A stretch of 64,000 nt of DNA from an uncultured Gemmatimonadales bacterium (lineage in GTDB: Bacteria > Gemmatimonadota > Gemmatimonadetes > Longimicrobiales > RSA9). The first letter of the stretch is position 1; every line of letters starts with the position of its first letter. Position numbers and translations under genes: made by a program. The notes under the pieces are model-generated. The model saw nothing but the letters and a program-made list of their open reading frames with translations. It searched no databases and had not been told where the DNA came from. The stretch spans positions 288,001 through 352,000 of the forward strand of contig CAWFKH010000004.1 in the NCBI GenBank assembly GCA_963816355.1, given 5' to 3'. Shown piece by piece: positions 43,231 to 53,786 of this stretch.

Positions 43231-45975
43231 GTGCGGCTTCCGCCTCCCCGTCCGATCGAAGGCCGGGTGCTGCTGGCGTCGCTCGCGGTGCTCGCGGTGG
43301 CGGCCGCGGGAACGGTCACGCTCGCGGTCCGAAGAGGCGGCGGCGGGGCCGGCGGGGGCGGCGCGCTGCTGTGGCTGATGGCCGCGTTTCCGACGGCGCT
43401 CGCCGCGTATCAGCGCGGCTGGCGCGGCGTTGCGGAGGTGGCGGGCGCGACGGTGATCGCGATGGCGCTCACGGCGGCGGCGCTGTACCTGGCCGGCAAT
43501 GCGTCGTCGGGCGCGCTCGGCGCGGTGGCGGTCGGCTATCTCGGTGTGGCGGCGGTTCTCGGGTGGCTGGCGTCGCGCTTCCGCGGGGACGACGTCGCGC
43601 TGCGCATCGCGTTCGCCGATCCGATCACGGGGCTTCCGGACCGCCGCTTCGCAGAGCTCGTGCTGGGGCGGGAGCTGGCGGGCGTGCATCCGGTGGCGGT
43701 GGCGGTCGTCCGGCTGGACGATTTCACGGGGCTCCGGATGCGTGTGGGGCGAGCGCGGGCGGAAGCGCTCGTCGCCGCGGTGGCGACGCGCCTCCGTTCG
43801 GCGACGCGCGCGAACCAGCTTCTCGCCCGCCTCGGTGAGGAAGCCTTCATGCTCGTGCTGCCGCAGACCCGCGAGGCGGCGGCGCAGGCCCTCGCCGAGC
43901 GGCTGCAGCGGCTCCTGCGCGAGGATCCGGATCTTCCCCCGACCAGCGTGGGGTTGGCCTGTGCTCGGCGACCGCCGTCCGCCGAGACGGACCTGGTCGT
44001 CGCGGCGGCGGCGGCGGCCGAGACGGCATCGCGCGTGGGCGGCGGCCGGATCCGTATGGCGCAGCATCCGGTCGCCAGGGAACGGGCGACGGTGGCCGCG
44101 GAGCACGCGGAGCCGGGCGAGGCTGAGGGCAGCGGGGAAGGGACGGCCGACGCCGCGGGCGCGGCGCCCGGTGTGGACGCGGGCGCGGCGGCAGGAGCGG
44201 ACGAGGGCGCGGGCTTGGCGGCAGGAGCGGAGGCGGGAGCGGGCGCGGCGGCAGGAGCGGGCGTGGGCGCGGCGGCGGGCGCGGGCGTGGGCGCGGCGGC
44301 GGGCGTGGGCGCGGCGGCGGGCGCGGGCGTGGGCGCGGCGGCGGGCGCGGGCGCGGGCGCGGCTCTGGACACGGCCGGGTCGGGCCGCCGCGCCCTGGTG
44401 GTGGTGGCGGAAGACGGGCCGGCCGAATGGGTCACGAAGCTGCTCGGCGACGAGGGGTTCGAGGTCGAACGGCTCGCGGCGGAGGAGGCGGGGTCGGAGA
44501 GCGGGCGGCTGGACCTGGTGGTGGTCGGGTCGGGAGAGCAGGGGGAGGCGTTCTCCGCGCGCGTCGCGGAGTTGCGCGAGCGGGAGCCGTCCGCGCGCAT
44601 CGTCGCAGTCGTGCCGGTTGGAGCGGAGGCAGCGGCGCTGGAGATTCCGGTGCACGGATACCTCCCAATGTGGATGGAGGCCGCCGCCACGCGTCCGATG
44701 CTGGCGCGGCTGATGGCGGAGCGGGACGTGGCGGTCGATGCGGCGATCCGCGACCGGCAGCTCACGCAGGAGCTGCAGGTGACGGAGCGCGAGGCGAAGG
44801 AAGCGCGCGAGCGCTCGCGCGCGATCCTCGAGCGGACGCGTCGCCTGGAGGCGATCGGCCGGCTGGCGGGAGGGATCGCGCACGACTTCAACAACCTGCT
44901 CACGTCCGTTCGAGGGCATTGCGAGCTGGTGATCGACTCGCTGGCGCCGGAAGATCCGTCGCGCGAGGACCTTCTCCGGATCCAGGAGGAGACGCAGCGC
45001 GCGACGGAGCTGACGCGTCAGCTCCTCGCCTTCGGCAGCCGCCAGACGCTGCAGCCGGAGGTCGTGGACGCTCGCGACATCATGACGGACGTGGGGGGCA
45101 TCCTCCGGCGGCTGCTCGGCGAGGATGTCGAGCTGGTGATCGAGCGAGGCGACGATCCGCTTCACGTGGAGGCGGACCGCACGCAGATCCAGCAACTGCT
45201 GCTCGACCTCGCCATGAACGCGCGTGAAGCGATGCCCCAGGGCGGCCGGCTGACGATCGCGGCGGCGACCGAAGCGCTGATCGAAGAGAACGAGATGGAC
45301 CTCGGGCTGGAGCCGGGTGGCTACGTCCTGATCCGCGTCTCCGACACGGGCGAGGGCATGGACGAGGAGACGCGCGCCCGCATCTTCGAGCCGTTCTTCA
45401 CGACGAAGCCCGCCGGCCAGGGGACCGGGCTCGGGCTCTCGGCCGCGTACGGCTTCCTCCGGCAGAGCGGCGGCCACATCTCGGTGGAGAGCGATCCCGG
45501 CGTCGGCACGACGTTCCGCGTCCTGCTGCCGCGCGCGGAAGCGCCGCCGGCCGCCGCGCCGGAGCTGGAGGCGGCGCCGGAAGAGGAGGAAGAGGCGACG
45601 GCGCGAAGCATCCTCGTGGTGGAGGACGAGGCGGGGGTCCGGCGTCTCGCGCGGCGCATTCTGGAGCGCGCCGGCTATCTGGTCGAGACGGCGGACGGGG
45701 CGTCCGCGGCACTGCGGCTCCTGCAGGAAGGCCTGCGGCCGGATCTGCTGCTGAGCGACGTCGTGATGCCGGAGACGAGCGGGCCGCAGCTCGCCGAGAA
45801 GGTGCGCTCGATCCACCCCAACATCCGCGTTCTGTTCATGTCCGGCTACAGCGAGGAGGCGGTGGCGCGCCACGGCGTGCTACTCGCCGATTCGACGCTT
45901 CTCGAGAAGCCGTTCACGCCGGAGCAGCTCACCGGCCGCGTGCGGGAGATCTTCGCGGCCGGCGACGGGGGCTGA
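43231..45975 (+). CDS. Hybrid sensor histidine kinase (TM + degenerate GGDEF + HisKA/HATPase + receiver)
   Basis: DPITGLPDRR...ARLGEEAF, AHDFNNLL, DTGEG, FFTTK, C-terminal receiver (LSDVVMP, KPF). Confidence 0.88.
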   Translation: MRLPPPRPIEGRVLLASLAVLAVAAAGTVTLAVRRGGGGAGGGGALLWLMAAFPTALAAYQRGWRGVAEVAGATVIAMALTAAALYLAGNASSGALGAVAVGYLGVAAVLGWLASRFRGDDVALRIAFADPITGLPDRRFAELVLGRELAGVHPVAVAVVRLDDFTGLRMRVGRARAEALVAAVATRLRSATRANQLLARLGEEAFMLVLPQTREAAAQALAERLQRLLREDPDLPPTSVGLACARRPPSAETDLVVAAAAAAETASRVGGGRIRMAQHPVARERATVAAEHAEPGEAEGSGEGTADAAGAAPGVDAGAAAGADEGAGLAAGAEAGAGAAAGAGVGAAAGAGVGAAAGVGAAAGAGVGAAAGAGAGAALDTAGSGRRALVVVAEDGPAEWVTKLLGDEGFEVERLAAEEAGSESGRLDLVVVGSGEQGEAFSARVAELREREPSARIVAVVPVGAEAAALEIPVHGYLPMWMEAAATRPMLARLMAERDVAVDAAIRDRQLTQELQVTEREAKEARERSRAILERTRRLEAIGRLAGGIAHDFNNLLTSVRGHCELVIDSLAPEDPSREDLLRIQEETQRATELTRQLLAFGSRQTLQPEVVDARDIMTDVGGILRRLLGEDVELVIERGDDPLHVEADRTQIQQLLLDLAMNAREAMPQGGRLTIAAATEALIEENEMDLGLEPGGYVLIRVSDTGEGMDEETRARIFEPFFTTKPAGQGTGLGLSAAYGFLRQSGGHISVESDPGVGTTFRVLLPRAEAPPAAAPELEAAPEEEEEATARSILVVEDEAGVRRLARRILERAGYLVETADGASAALRLLQEGLRPDLLLSDVVMPETSGPQLAEKVRSIHPNIRVLFMSGYSEEAVARHGVLLADSTLLEKPFTPEQLTGRVREIFAAGDGG
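44200..44362 (+). repeat. In-frame tandem repeat encoding (AGVGAAAG)n
   Basis: Imperfect 18-24-bp units gcgggcgtgggcgcggcggcg(ggc). Confidence 0.8.
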
Positions 45976-46060
45976 CTTCCGCCCCGCCCACCGGGGCCCC
46001 ATTCGCAGAACGCCGGAGCGCGAGACCGGCGCGCAGGCCGCCGGCATCTCGGCAGGACGC

Positions 46061-48245
46061 TCAGCGCACGCCGCGGCGGGCTTCCTCGGCCGGAAGATGC
46101 TGCGGCCGCTCGAGGTGCGCCGGCACGTACGCGGCGTCGAGATAGTCGGCCACCATGCGGTGGGTGTTGAAGAACGGGACGACCTGCCGTATCGAAGCGC
46201 GGACGCGCGCCAGCCAGGCGAACGGGATGCCATCGCCGCCGCGCTGGTAGAAGAGCGGCAGCACGTCGTTCTCGAGGACTGCGTACAGTCGCTCCGCATC
46301 GGCGGCGTCCTGCGCCTCGAGCTCCGGCCCCGGAGCCTCCTCGATCGTCCAGCCGATCGGGTCCGCGAGCCGGTTGTGATCGGACCACGCCTCGGCCCAC
46401 CAGCCGTCTGCGATGCTCAGATTCAGAGCGCCGTTGGCGGCCGCCTTCATGCCGCTCGTCCCGCTTGCCTCGTAAGGCCGGCGCGGCACGTTCAGCCACA
46501 CGTCGGCGCCGGCGACGAGGACGCGGGCGAGCGCGACGTCGTAGCCCTGGAGGAAGACGAAGCGGCCGCCGTGATCGCCGTGCAGCGCGAACTCCGCCAC
46601 CTGGTGCAGGAGCTCCTGGCCCTTCTCGTCGCGCGGGTGCGCCTTGCCTGCGAAGACAAACTGGACCGGCTGCTCGCCGTGGAGCAGCCGCTCGAGGCGG
46701 ACGCGGTCGCGCAGCAGGAGGGTCGCGCGCTTGTAGCTCGCGAAGCGTCGTGCGAACACGAGGGTGAGCGCGTGGGGGTCGAGGGCAGCGGCGGCCGCGT
46801 TCGGGTCCATGCCCCGGGCGACGGCCTCGCCGGCGAGCGTACTGCGGACGTGCCGCACCAGCGCGGCGCGCTGCTCGCAGCGGGCGCGCCAGAGGTCGGC
46901 GTCCGGGATGTGGAGCGCTCGCTGCCAGCGCAGGTCGTCGACCTCGTCGCGCCACGCCTCGCCGATCTGCGCTCCGTAGAGGCGGCCGATCGGCTCACCG
47001 GTCCAGGTGGGCAGGTGGACGCCGTTGGTGACGTGCCCGATCGGCACCCGATCCGCGGACAGCTCCGGCCACAGGTCGGCCCACATCTCGCGCGTGACGT
47101 CGCCGTGCAGACGACTGACTCCGTTGCGATGGTGCGCGAGGCGGAGCGCGAGGGTGGTCATGCAGAAGGAGTCGCCCGCGTTGTCCGGATGACGGCGACC
47201 GAGCGCGAGAAAATGGTCCCACGGCTCGCCCATCTCCCAGACGTAGCCCCCCAGGTAGCGCTTGAGCAGGTCCGGCGGGAAGTGATCGTGCCCGGCGGGC
47301 ACGGGCGTGTGCGTGGTGAAGACGACGCTGTCGGCGAGGCGCTCGGCGGCGTGGCGGAAACCGCCGGCCTCCTCGCGCAGCTCACCGCGGACGCGCTCGA
47401 CGGCGGCGAAGGCGGCGTGGCCCTCGTTCAGGTGCAGCACGGTCGGGGTGAGGCCGAGGCGGTCGAGCGCGCGCATGCCGCCGATGCCGAGGACAATCTC
47501 CTGCCGCAGGCGATGCTCCGTGTCGCCGCCGTAGAGGCGGTCCGTGATGCGGCGGTCCGCCTCCTCGTTCTCGTCGACGTCGGTGTCGAGCAGATAGAGC
47601 GACACGCGGCCGACGTCGACGCGCCACATGCGGGCGGCGCAACAATGGTCGAGGAAGGGGAAGTCGATGTGGAGCGGCGCGCCGTCGCCGTCACGGACGA
47701 GGGTCAGCGGGAGCGAGGACGGATCGGCCGCGGGGTACGATGCGTGTTGGCGGGCGTGGCCGTCGACGACCTGCCGGAAGTAGCCCTCGCCGTAGAAGAG
47801 GCCGACGCCGACGAGCGGCAGCCCGAGGTCGCTCGCGGACTTCAGAATGGTCGCCGGCGAGGACGCCGAGGCCGCCGGAGTAGATGCGGAGGCACTCGGT
47901 GATCCCGAACTCCGCGGAGAAGTAGGCCACGCGGAGTCCGGCGGCGCCGTGCTCGCGAGCGAACCAAGTGTCGGGCCGCGCGAGATGGCGCTGCAGGTCG
48001 GCGGCCGCGGCGTCGACCGCCGCGACGTATCCGGCGTCGCCGGCGAGCGCGTCCAGGCGGGCGGCCCCGAGGTCGCGGAGCAGCCGGATCGGGTTGCGTC
48101 CGGAGCGCTCCCAGAGCGCCGGGTCGGCGCGGCGGAAGACCGCCTCGCTTTCGGGGTGCCAGCTCCAGCGCAGGTTCATCGCGAGGGAACGGAGGCCCTC
48201 GAGCGGGGCGGGAAGCGGGAGCGGAAAGGTGCGGCTCTCGGTCAT
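46061..48245 (-). CDS. glgP: Alpha-glucan (glycogen) phosphorylase, apparent +1 frameshift near 47846
   Basis: NLRWSW, YSGGLGVLAGDH[LKSASDLG], RLRQEIVLG, NEGH, ARRFASYKR, GKAHP, EASGTSGMK. Removing one T restores the frame. Confidence 0.88.
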
Positions 48246-48382
48246 GGGCGAACCTCTGTAATGCTACGCCGCGTCGTCACGGCGGTTAGGGCGACAAACG
48301 ACGAATTCGAGCGCGCGGGAGCGCGCGTCGGGCGGTCACTTGCCGCAGCTTGAGGGGAGTGGGTCACGGGATGCGAGTCCAA

Positions 48383-48447
48383 TGTAATCGGTTGCCATCA
48401 GTATCGACAAGCGTGCGGCACACCTGTAGGCGCGACAACGCATTACA
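48383..48447. promoter_or_regulatory. Pair of LacI-like operator palindromes between divergent glgP and GMC genes
   Basis: tgtaatcggttgcca (48383) and the inverted copy cgacaacgcattaca (48433). Confidence 0.4.
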
Positions 48448-48561
48448 CCCGAGCGGCGGCCGTCGTTGCGGCGGCGCGGCCGCCGTTGCGCGCGGACGGC
48501 GGCGCACCCCATGCTTCGAGCGAGGGCGTGGCTGACGAGGTACGCGGGACGGAGGAGGGCG

Positions 48562-49896
48562 ATGGCGGTGACACATCGCGAGCGCGCGACCGTCGTGGTG
48601 GTGGGCAGCGGACCCGGCGGGGCGACGCTGGCGCGGGAGCTGGCGCGGGCGGGACGCTCGACGCTCCTCCTCGAGCGCGGCCGCGAGTGGCGCTCGAGCC
48701 GGCTCTACGGCACCTACCCCGGGGCGCTGCTCTACGCGGACCGGCACGCGCTGCTCTTCACGCGCGAGGGCATGAACATCATCCGTCCGCTGATGGTGGG
48801 CGGGGCGACGAGCATGTACTGCGCGTGCGCGTCTCCGCCGGCGCCGTGGTGGGGGAAGCGCTACGGCATGGAGCTGGAGGGTCACGCGGCGGCGGCGGCG
48901 CGAGAGCTCGGCGTGGCGCCGCTCGCACCGGAGCTGCGCGGGCGGGCATCGACGCGGGTTGCGGCGGCCGGATCTGCGCTCGGCATGCAATGGGAGCCGC
49001 AGGCGAAGTTCATGGACCCCGGCCGGGCGACGCCGTTCGCGTGCGGGGCCCACTGCATGCTGGGGTGCCGCTGCGGCGCGAAGTGGAGCGCGGCCGAGTA
49101 CGTGGACGACGCGGTGTCGGCGGGCGCGCGCCTGTGGACTCGCGCGCGCGTGGACCGCGTGCTGGTGGAAGGCGGCCAGGTGCGCGGCGTCCGGGGCGTG
49201 CGGCGGCAGGGGCCGGGCGGCGCGCGCGCGGCGGATTTCGAGGTGGAGGCGGAGACCGTGGTGGTCGCCGCCGGCGGCATCGGGAGCGCGGTCCTGCTGC
49301 GGCGGAGCGGCATCGCGGAAGCGGGCCGCGGCATGACGATGGACACCACGACGATGGTCTACGGCGCCGCCGAGCGGGAGGGGATCGGCCGGGATCCGCC
49401 GATGACGTGGAGCAGCGCCGACGACGAGCTCGGCGTGCTCTACTCGACCCTGATCGACCCGTGGCTGATGTACCCTCTGATCATGATGCGGCGCGGGCCC
49501 GGCTACGCCGCGACGTGGCCGCGCTGGGGACGCACGCTCGGCGTGATGATCAAGCTGAAGGACGAGATCAGCGGAGAGGTCGATGCGCGGGGACGGATCT
49601 CGAAGGGGCTGACGGCGGGCGACCGCGTGCGGCTCGAGCGTGCGGAGCGAACCGCCGGCGCGGTGCTGCGCGAAGCCGGCTGCGACCCGGACACGATCCT
49701 GACCACACCGCTGCGCGGCACCCATCCGTCCGGCACCGCGCGCGTGGGCGTGGTCGTGGGCCCCGACCTGGAGACCGCGACGCGGGGCCTCTACGTGTGC
49801 GACGCGAGCGTTTTCCCCGAGGCGCTCGGCCGCCCCACCGTGCTGACCATCATCGCGCTCGCGCGCAGGCTGGCCGATCGGCTGCTCGGCCGCTGA
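48562..49896 (+). CDS. GMC family FAD oxidoreductase
   Basis: VVGSGPGG, VGGAT, CGAHCMLGC..GAK, HPSGT, CDASVFP...PTVLTI. Confidence 0.85.
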   Translation: MAVTHRERATVVVVGSGPGGATLARELARAGRSTLLLERGREWRSSRLYGTYPGALLYADRHALLFTREGMNIIRPLMVGGATSMYCACASPPAPWWGKRYGMELEGHAAAAARELGVAPLAPELRGRASTRVAAAGSALGMQWEPQAKFMDPGRATPFACGAHCMLGCRCGAKWSAAEYVDDAVSAGARLWTRARVDRVLVEGGQVRGVRGVRRQGPGGARAADFEVEAETVVVAAGGIGSAVLLRRSGIAEAGRGMTMDTTTMVYGAAEREGIGRDPPMTWSSADDELGVLYSTLIDPWLMYPLIMMRRGPGYAATWPRWGRTLGVMIKLKDEISGEVDARGRISKGLTAGDRVRLERAERTAGAVLREAGCDPDTILTTPLRGTHPSGTARVGVVVGPDLETATRGLYVCDASVFPEALGRPTVLTIIALARRLADRLLGR

Positions 49897-49944
49897 CCGG
49901 CTCGTCGCGGGAGGCGCCGCCGCGCTCGGGGCGAGAGGCCGCAC

Positions 49945-50874
49945 TCAGAATCGCCAGTTCCAGACGAGGAGGACGGTACGCTCGCCGCGGGCGTCGTGGC
50001 CGAGGCGGGCGGCGGGCGCGGCGGCGAGCAGGCGGTCCGGCAGCGACGGCGGCGAGCGGGCGGCCGCGTCGTCGCCCAGCGCGGTCGTGCGTCGCGCATC
50101 CTCGCGCTCGTAGCGACGCGCGAGCCCGGCGCCGTACGCATAGCCGAACGCGATGCCGAGGAGCGTGTCCGACATCCAGTGGTGCTCGTCGACGAGGCGA
50201 CCGGCGCCGACGCCGAGGGCGGCCGCGTAGAGCAGCGGCTCGAGCGGCCCGAGGTGGAATCGGTGGTTCCAGAAGGAGGCGCACGACATGATGTCCGCGA
50301 CGTGCCCGCCGAAGAAGGAGTGGTGCTGCCAGTCGCCGCCCGGGAAGTCCCAGACGTTGGCGTCGTCGAAGCGCTCTCCGGTGTCGCCGTTGGTCGGCCG
50401 TTCGCGGGAGACGAGGAGATAGATGCCGTGGCGCACGGTCGTGTTCGCGCCGTCGACCGTGATGCACCCGGTCGCCGCCTCCCGCAGGGCGCGCGAGTCG
50501 CTCGCGAAGCCGACGGCGTAGATCCCCGCGCTCAGCATGAACAGGCTGCGGGTCAGACCGAACTGCTCGAGGAACCTGCCGCCGCGGAACGGCTTCGCCG
50601 CCTGCACGGGAGCGGAGCGGGGGTGCGTGCGGACCCAGCGCTGGATGTCGGCGTCGTACGCCGTCGTCACGGCGAACGTGCCGAGCACGCCGATCAGCTC
50701 CGGAAGGTCGTCCGTGCCGAGGCGCGCGGGTGCGCTCCACAGGTAGGCCGCCCCCGAAACGATCCGCTTGCCGTCGGCACCCAGCCGTCCCCACGTCCGC
50801 TGCGCCCGCAACGGCGCCGCGGCCGCGAGCGCCGCCATGGTGAACGCCGCCATTGCCTTCGCGCGATGTCGCAC
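49945..50874 (-). CDS. PAP2 family protein
   Basis: SRERP, SFFGGH, GRLVDEHHWMSD, signal peptide. Start uncertain. Confidence 0.75.
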   Translation of the reverse strand: MRHRAKAMAAFTMAALAAAAPLRAQRTWGRLGADGKRIVSGAAYLWSAPARLGTDDLPELIGVLGTFAVTTAYDADIQRWVRTHPRSAPVQAAKPFRGGRFLEQFGLTRSLFMLSAGIYAVGFASDSRALREAATGCITVDGANTTVRHGIYLLVSRERPTNGDTGERFDDANVWDFPGGDWQHHSFFGGHVADIMSCASFWNHRFHLGPLEPLLYAAALGVGAGRLVDEHHWMSDTLLGIAFGYAYGAGLARRYEREDARRTTALGDDAAARSPPSLPDRLLAAAPAARLGHDARGERTVLLVWNWRF

Positions 50875-51013
50875 TCCCCTGCCCTCCGCGTTCCGGTCAC
50901 GCGTGCTCGCCGCCGGAGCCTCGCCGGCGCGGATCCGATCCGCGGCGAGGCCGGCGGCACCCGCCGACGACGCGGGGGCAAGTTGTGCGCCGGCCGCGGC
51001 TTGGGACGTCGCG

Positions 51014-52138
51014 TCAGTGGAGCAGCCACGCCGTCGCGAAGCCGAGATAGTTGCCGATGGCGTAGCCGAGGAGACCGACGAGGATTCCGGGCAGCACGAG
51101 CGCCGGCCACTCACGCGACACCGCGACGGCGAGGGCGCTGGTCGGGCCGCCGATCGCGGCCTGGGAGGCGACGGCGAGCGTCCCGACATCGAGGCGCAAC
51201 AACCGGCCGACGCCGAAGACGATGACGCCGTGCACCAGCACGATCACCATGGTGAAGAAGAAGATCGCGATGCCCACGGCGAAGATGTCGTCCACGCGCG
51301 AGTAGATGCCGATGACGGCGAAGAAGAGGTGGAGCGCGGCGTTGCCGAGCTGCATCGCGCCGCCCACGCTCGACAGCACGGGCACATGGCCGACGACGAG
51401 CGCGATCGTCGTGAGCCAGAGCACCTCCGGCACGGCGGGCACGGCGAGCGCGAGCGCGTGGGCGGCGACGAGGACGAGCAGGCCCACGGCGAGCAGCGTG
51501 GCGACGTCGAGGACGGAGACCGGCTCGGGTGAGAAGAAGGGATGCGCGGCGGCGGGCGTGGCGCCGTCGGCGGCTGGCGGGGCGGCCGGCACCGCCGGGT
51601 ACCAGCGCCCCAGCCAGACCGGCAGCAGGAGGCAGGCGCCCATCCACAGCCCGGTCGTGAGGTTGTCCGCGGCGGTCGCGCCGGCGAAGAGCGTGCGCGG
51701 CAGCTCGAGCGCGCGTCCCACGGCGACGAAGTTCAGCGAGCCGCCGCTGTAAGTGCCGACGAAGGCGCCCGCCAGGCGCCACGTCTCGTCGCCGAAGGTC
51801 GCGGCGAAGGCGAGCCAGCCGACGGCCGTGCCGACGAGGGTGCCCACGACCGCGAGCGCAAAGGCGCCGAGCATGCGCGGACCGGCGCGGCGGAGCGCGC
51901 GGATGTCGACCGCGAGGAGCAGCCAGACGATCGCGAGCGAGGTGAGCGGGCCGAAGATTACGTCGTAGACGGGAGAGCGGGGCGCGACGACGCCGGCATT
52001 CGAGAGGATCGCGCCGAACAGGATGACGAGAAGAGACGCGCCCACGCGCGAGAACGCGCGGAGGCGGTGGTCGAGCCAGAACGCGAGAGCGGTGATGGTG
52101 GCGACGACGGCGGCGACGCCGAGCGGCGAGGCGATCAC
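51014..52138 (-). CDS. DUF819 family membrane protein
   Basis: Many TM helices, GTYSGGSLNF, ASQAAIGGPTSA, GYAIGNYLG. GTGA overlap with the decarboxylase stop. Confidence 0.85.
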   Translation of the reverse strand: MIASPLGVAAVVATITALAFWLDHRLRAFSRVGASLLVILFGAILSNAGVVAPRSPVYDVIFGPLTSLAIVWLLLAVDIRALRRAGPRMLGAFALAVVGTLVGTAVGWLAFAATFGDETWRLAGAFVGTYSGGSLNFVAVGRALELPRTLFAGATAADNLTTGLWMGACLLLPVWLGRWYPAVPAAPPAADGATPAAAHPFFSPEPVSVLDVATLLAVGLLVLVAAHALALAVPAVPEVLWLTTIALVVGHVPVLSSVGGAMQLGNAALHLFFAVIGIYSRVDDIFAVGIAIFFFTMVIVLVHGVIVFGVGRLLRLDVGTLAVASQAAIGGPTSALAVAVSREWPALVLPGILVGLLGYAIGNYLGFATAWLLH

Positions 52139-53640
52139 CGCAGCGCGGCGTCGACGGCGCGGCCAACGCGCGCGACGATCTCCGGCAACGCGTCGACGTC
52201 CCCCTCGTCGGTGTTGAAGTTGACGATGCACGCCCGCAGCAGGAAGTGGCCGTCCACGACCGCGTTCGAGACGAACGCCTCCCCGCCGCGCTCCAGCCGG
52301 GCGAGCAGCTCGCGGTTGAGCGCGTCGAGGTGCGCCTCGACGGACGCCTCGCCGACGCGCGGGCGCAGGTCCGCCGGAACGTAGCGGAAGGTCGCGATGC
52401 TGAGCGCCTGCGTCGCCGGCTCGAGCTCGGGGTGCTCCGCGACGCGCGCGGCGAGGCGGCGGCTGAGGCGGATGTCGTCGCCGATCATGCGCGCGTAGCC
52501 TTCCCTCCCCACCTGACGCAGCGCGAGCCACACCTTGAGCGCGCGGAAGCCGCGCGAGTTCTGCATCCCGAAGTCGACGAAGTTGATCGCCTCGACGCCG
52601 AAGTGATAGTACGGCGGGTGGTAGGAGAAGGCGCGGCGCAGCGAATCCGCGTCGCGCACGAGGGCGCAGCCCGCCTCGAGCGGCGCGTAGAGCCATTTGT
52701 GGGGATCGACGGCGAGCGAGTCCGCCTCCGCCATGCCCGCCAGCTCGCGCGCGGCGTCCGGGACGGCGGCCGCGAGGGCGCCGTACGCGCCGTCCACGTG
52801 GAACCAGACCCCACGCTCCCGGCAGAGCGCCGCGATCTCCCGCAGCGGATCGATGGCGCCGGTGCTGACGCTGCCGGCGGTGCCGACGACGAGGGCGGGC
52901 ACGTCGCCCGCGGCGACGTCGTCGTCGATGCGACGTGCCAGCTCGGCGAGGTCCATGCGCTGCGCGGCGTCGGTGCCGACCCAGCGGATCGCGTCGGTGC
53001 CGAGGCCGAAGAGATCGGCCGCCTTCTGGATCCAGGTGTGCGTCTCCGCCGAGCCGTAGACGCGGAGACGTCGCGCATCCGACGGCGCCACGCCGGCGGC
53101 GCGGAGGTCCCAGCCCGCGGCGTCGGCCGCGGCGGCACGCCCGGCGAGGAAGCCGACGAAGTTCGCCATGTTGCCGCCGCTCACGAGCAGTCCCCCGCCC
53201 GCCGGGTAGCCGATCAGCTCGCCGATCCAGCGGACCGTCTGTCCCTCGATCTCGGACGCGATCGGGGAGAGCGTCCAGGCGCCGACGTTCGCGTTCACCG
53301 CCGCGGCGAGAAATTCGGCGAGCATGCCGATCGGCGCGGGTGAGGAGGTGATGTAGCCGAAGAAGCGCGGGTGCCCGTTGTAGAGGGAGTGGTCGAAGAG
53401 GAGCCGCTCCGCCTCGGCGACGATCTCGCCGGGGTCGGTGCCGGTCTGCGGCAGCGGCGCGTCGGCGCCGAGGACGTCCCGCACCACGTCCGGTGTCTCG
53501 CCGGGCGTGACCGCCCGCTCCGGCAGCGTCGCGATCAGGCGGGCCACGTCGTCGACGAGGGCGTGTCCCAGGCGCCGGAACTCGGCGGCGTCGAGGGCGA
53601 GAGGGGCGCGCCGGCTCATGCCGGGAAAGCTCTGGATCAT
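52135..53640 (-). CDS. Group II PLP-dependent (aromatic-type) amino acid decarboxylase
   Basis: HPRFFGYI, SGGNMAN, HVDGAYG, DPHKWL, SRGFRALKVW. Confidence 0.9.
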   Translation of the reverse strand: MIQSFPGMSRRAPLALDAAEFRRLGHALVDDVARLIATLPERAVTPGETPDVVRDVLGADAPLPQTGTDPGEIVAEAERLLFDHSLYNGHPRFFGYITSSPAPIGMLAEFLAAAVNANVGAWTLSPIASEIEGQTVRWIGELIGYPAGGGLLVSGGNMANFVGFLAGRAAAADAAGWDLRAAGVAPSDARRLRVYGSAETHTWIQKAADLFGLGTDAIRWVGTDAAQRMDLAELARRIDDDVAAGDVPALVVGTAGSVSTGAIDPLREIAALCRERGVWFHVDGAYGALAAAVPDAARELAGMAEADSLAVDPHKWLYAPLEAGCALVRDADSLRRAFSYHPPYYHFGVEAINFVDFGMQNSRGFRALKVWLALRQVGREGYARMIGDDIRLSRRLAARVAEHPELEPATQALSIATFRYVPADLRPRVGEASVEAHLDALNRELLARLERGGEAFVSNAVVDGHFLLRACIVNFNTDEGDVDALPEIVARVGRAVDAALR

Positions 53641-53716
53641 CGCGTTCTCCTGCAAGAGGGGAGTTCACGGCAGGATGTCGGCTCGGCGGCGTCGCCGCCA
53701 GTGCGCCCTGCTCCGC

Positions 53717-53733
53717 TCGGTACCGCCCTTGCA
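53717..53733 (+). promoter_or_regulatory. Sigma54-type promoter
   Basis: TCGGTACCGCCCTTGCA (GG-N10-GC), about 55 bp upstream of the SDR start. Confidence 0.55.
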
Positions 53734-53786
53734 CCGGGATGGAAGCGCGCGGCAGGACACGCGATCCCGCAGCAGGAGGCAAGCAA

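Noticed and set aside
42505..45873. Long antisense ORFs (also 4627..7239, 21456..23657, 46097..47902, 60588..62534)
   Set aside because: These are shadow frames of real genes in high-GC DNA and have no recognisable motifs.
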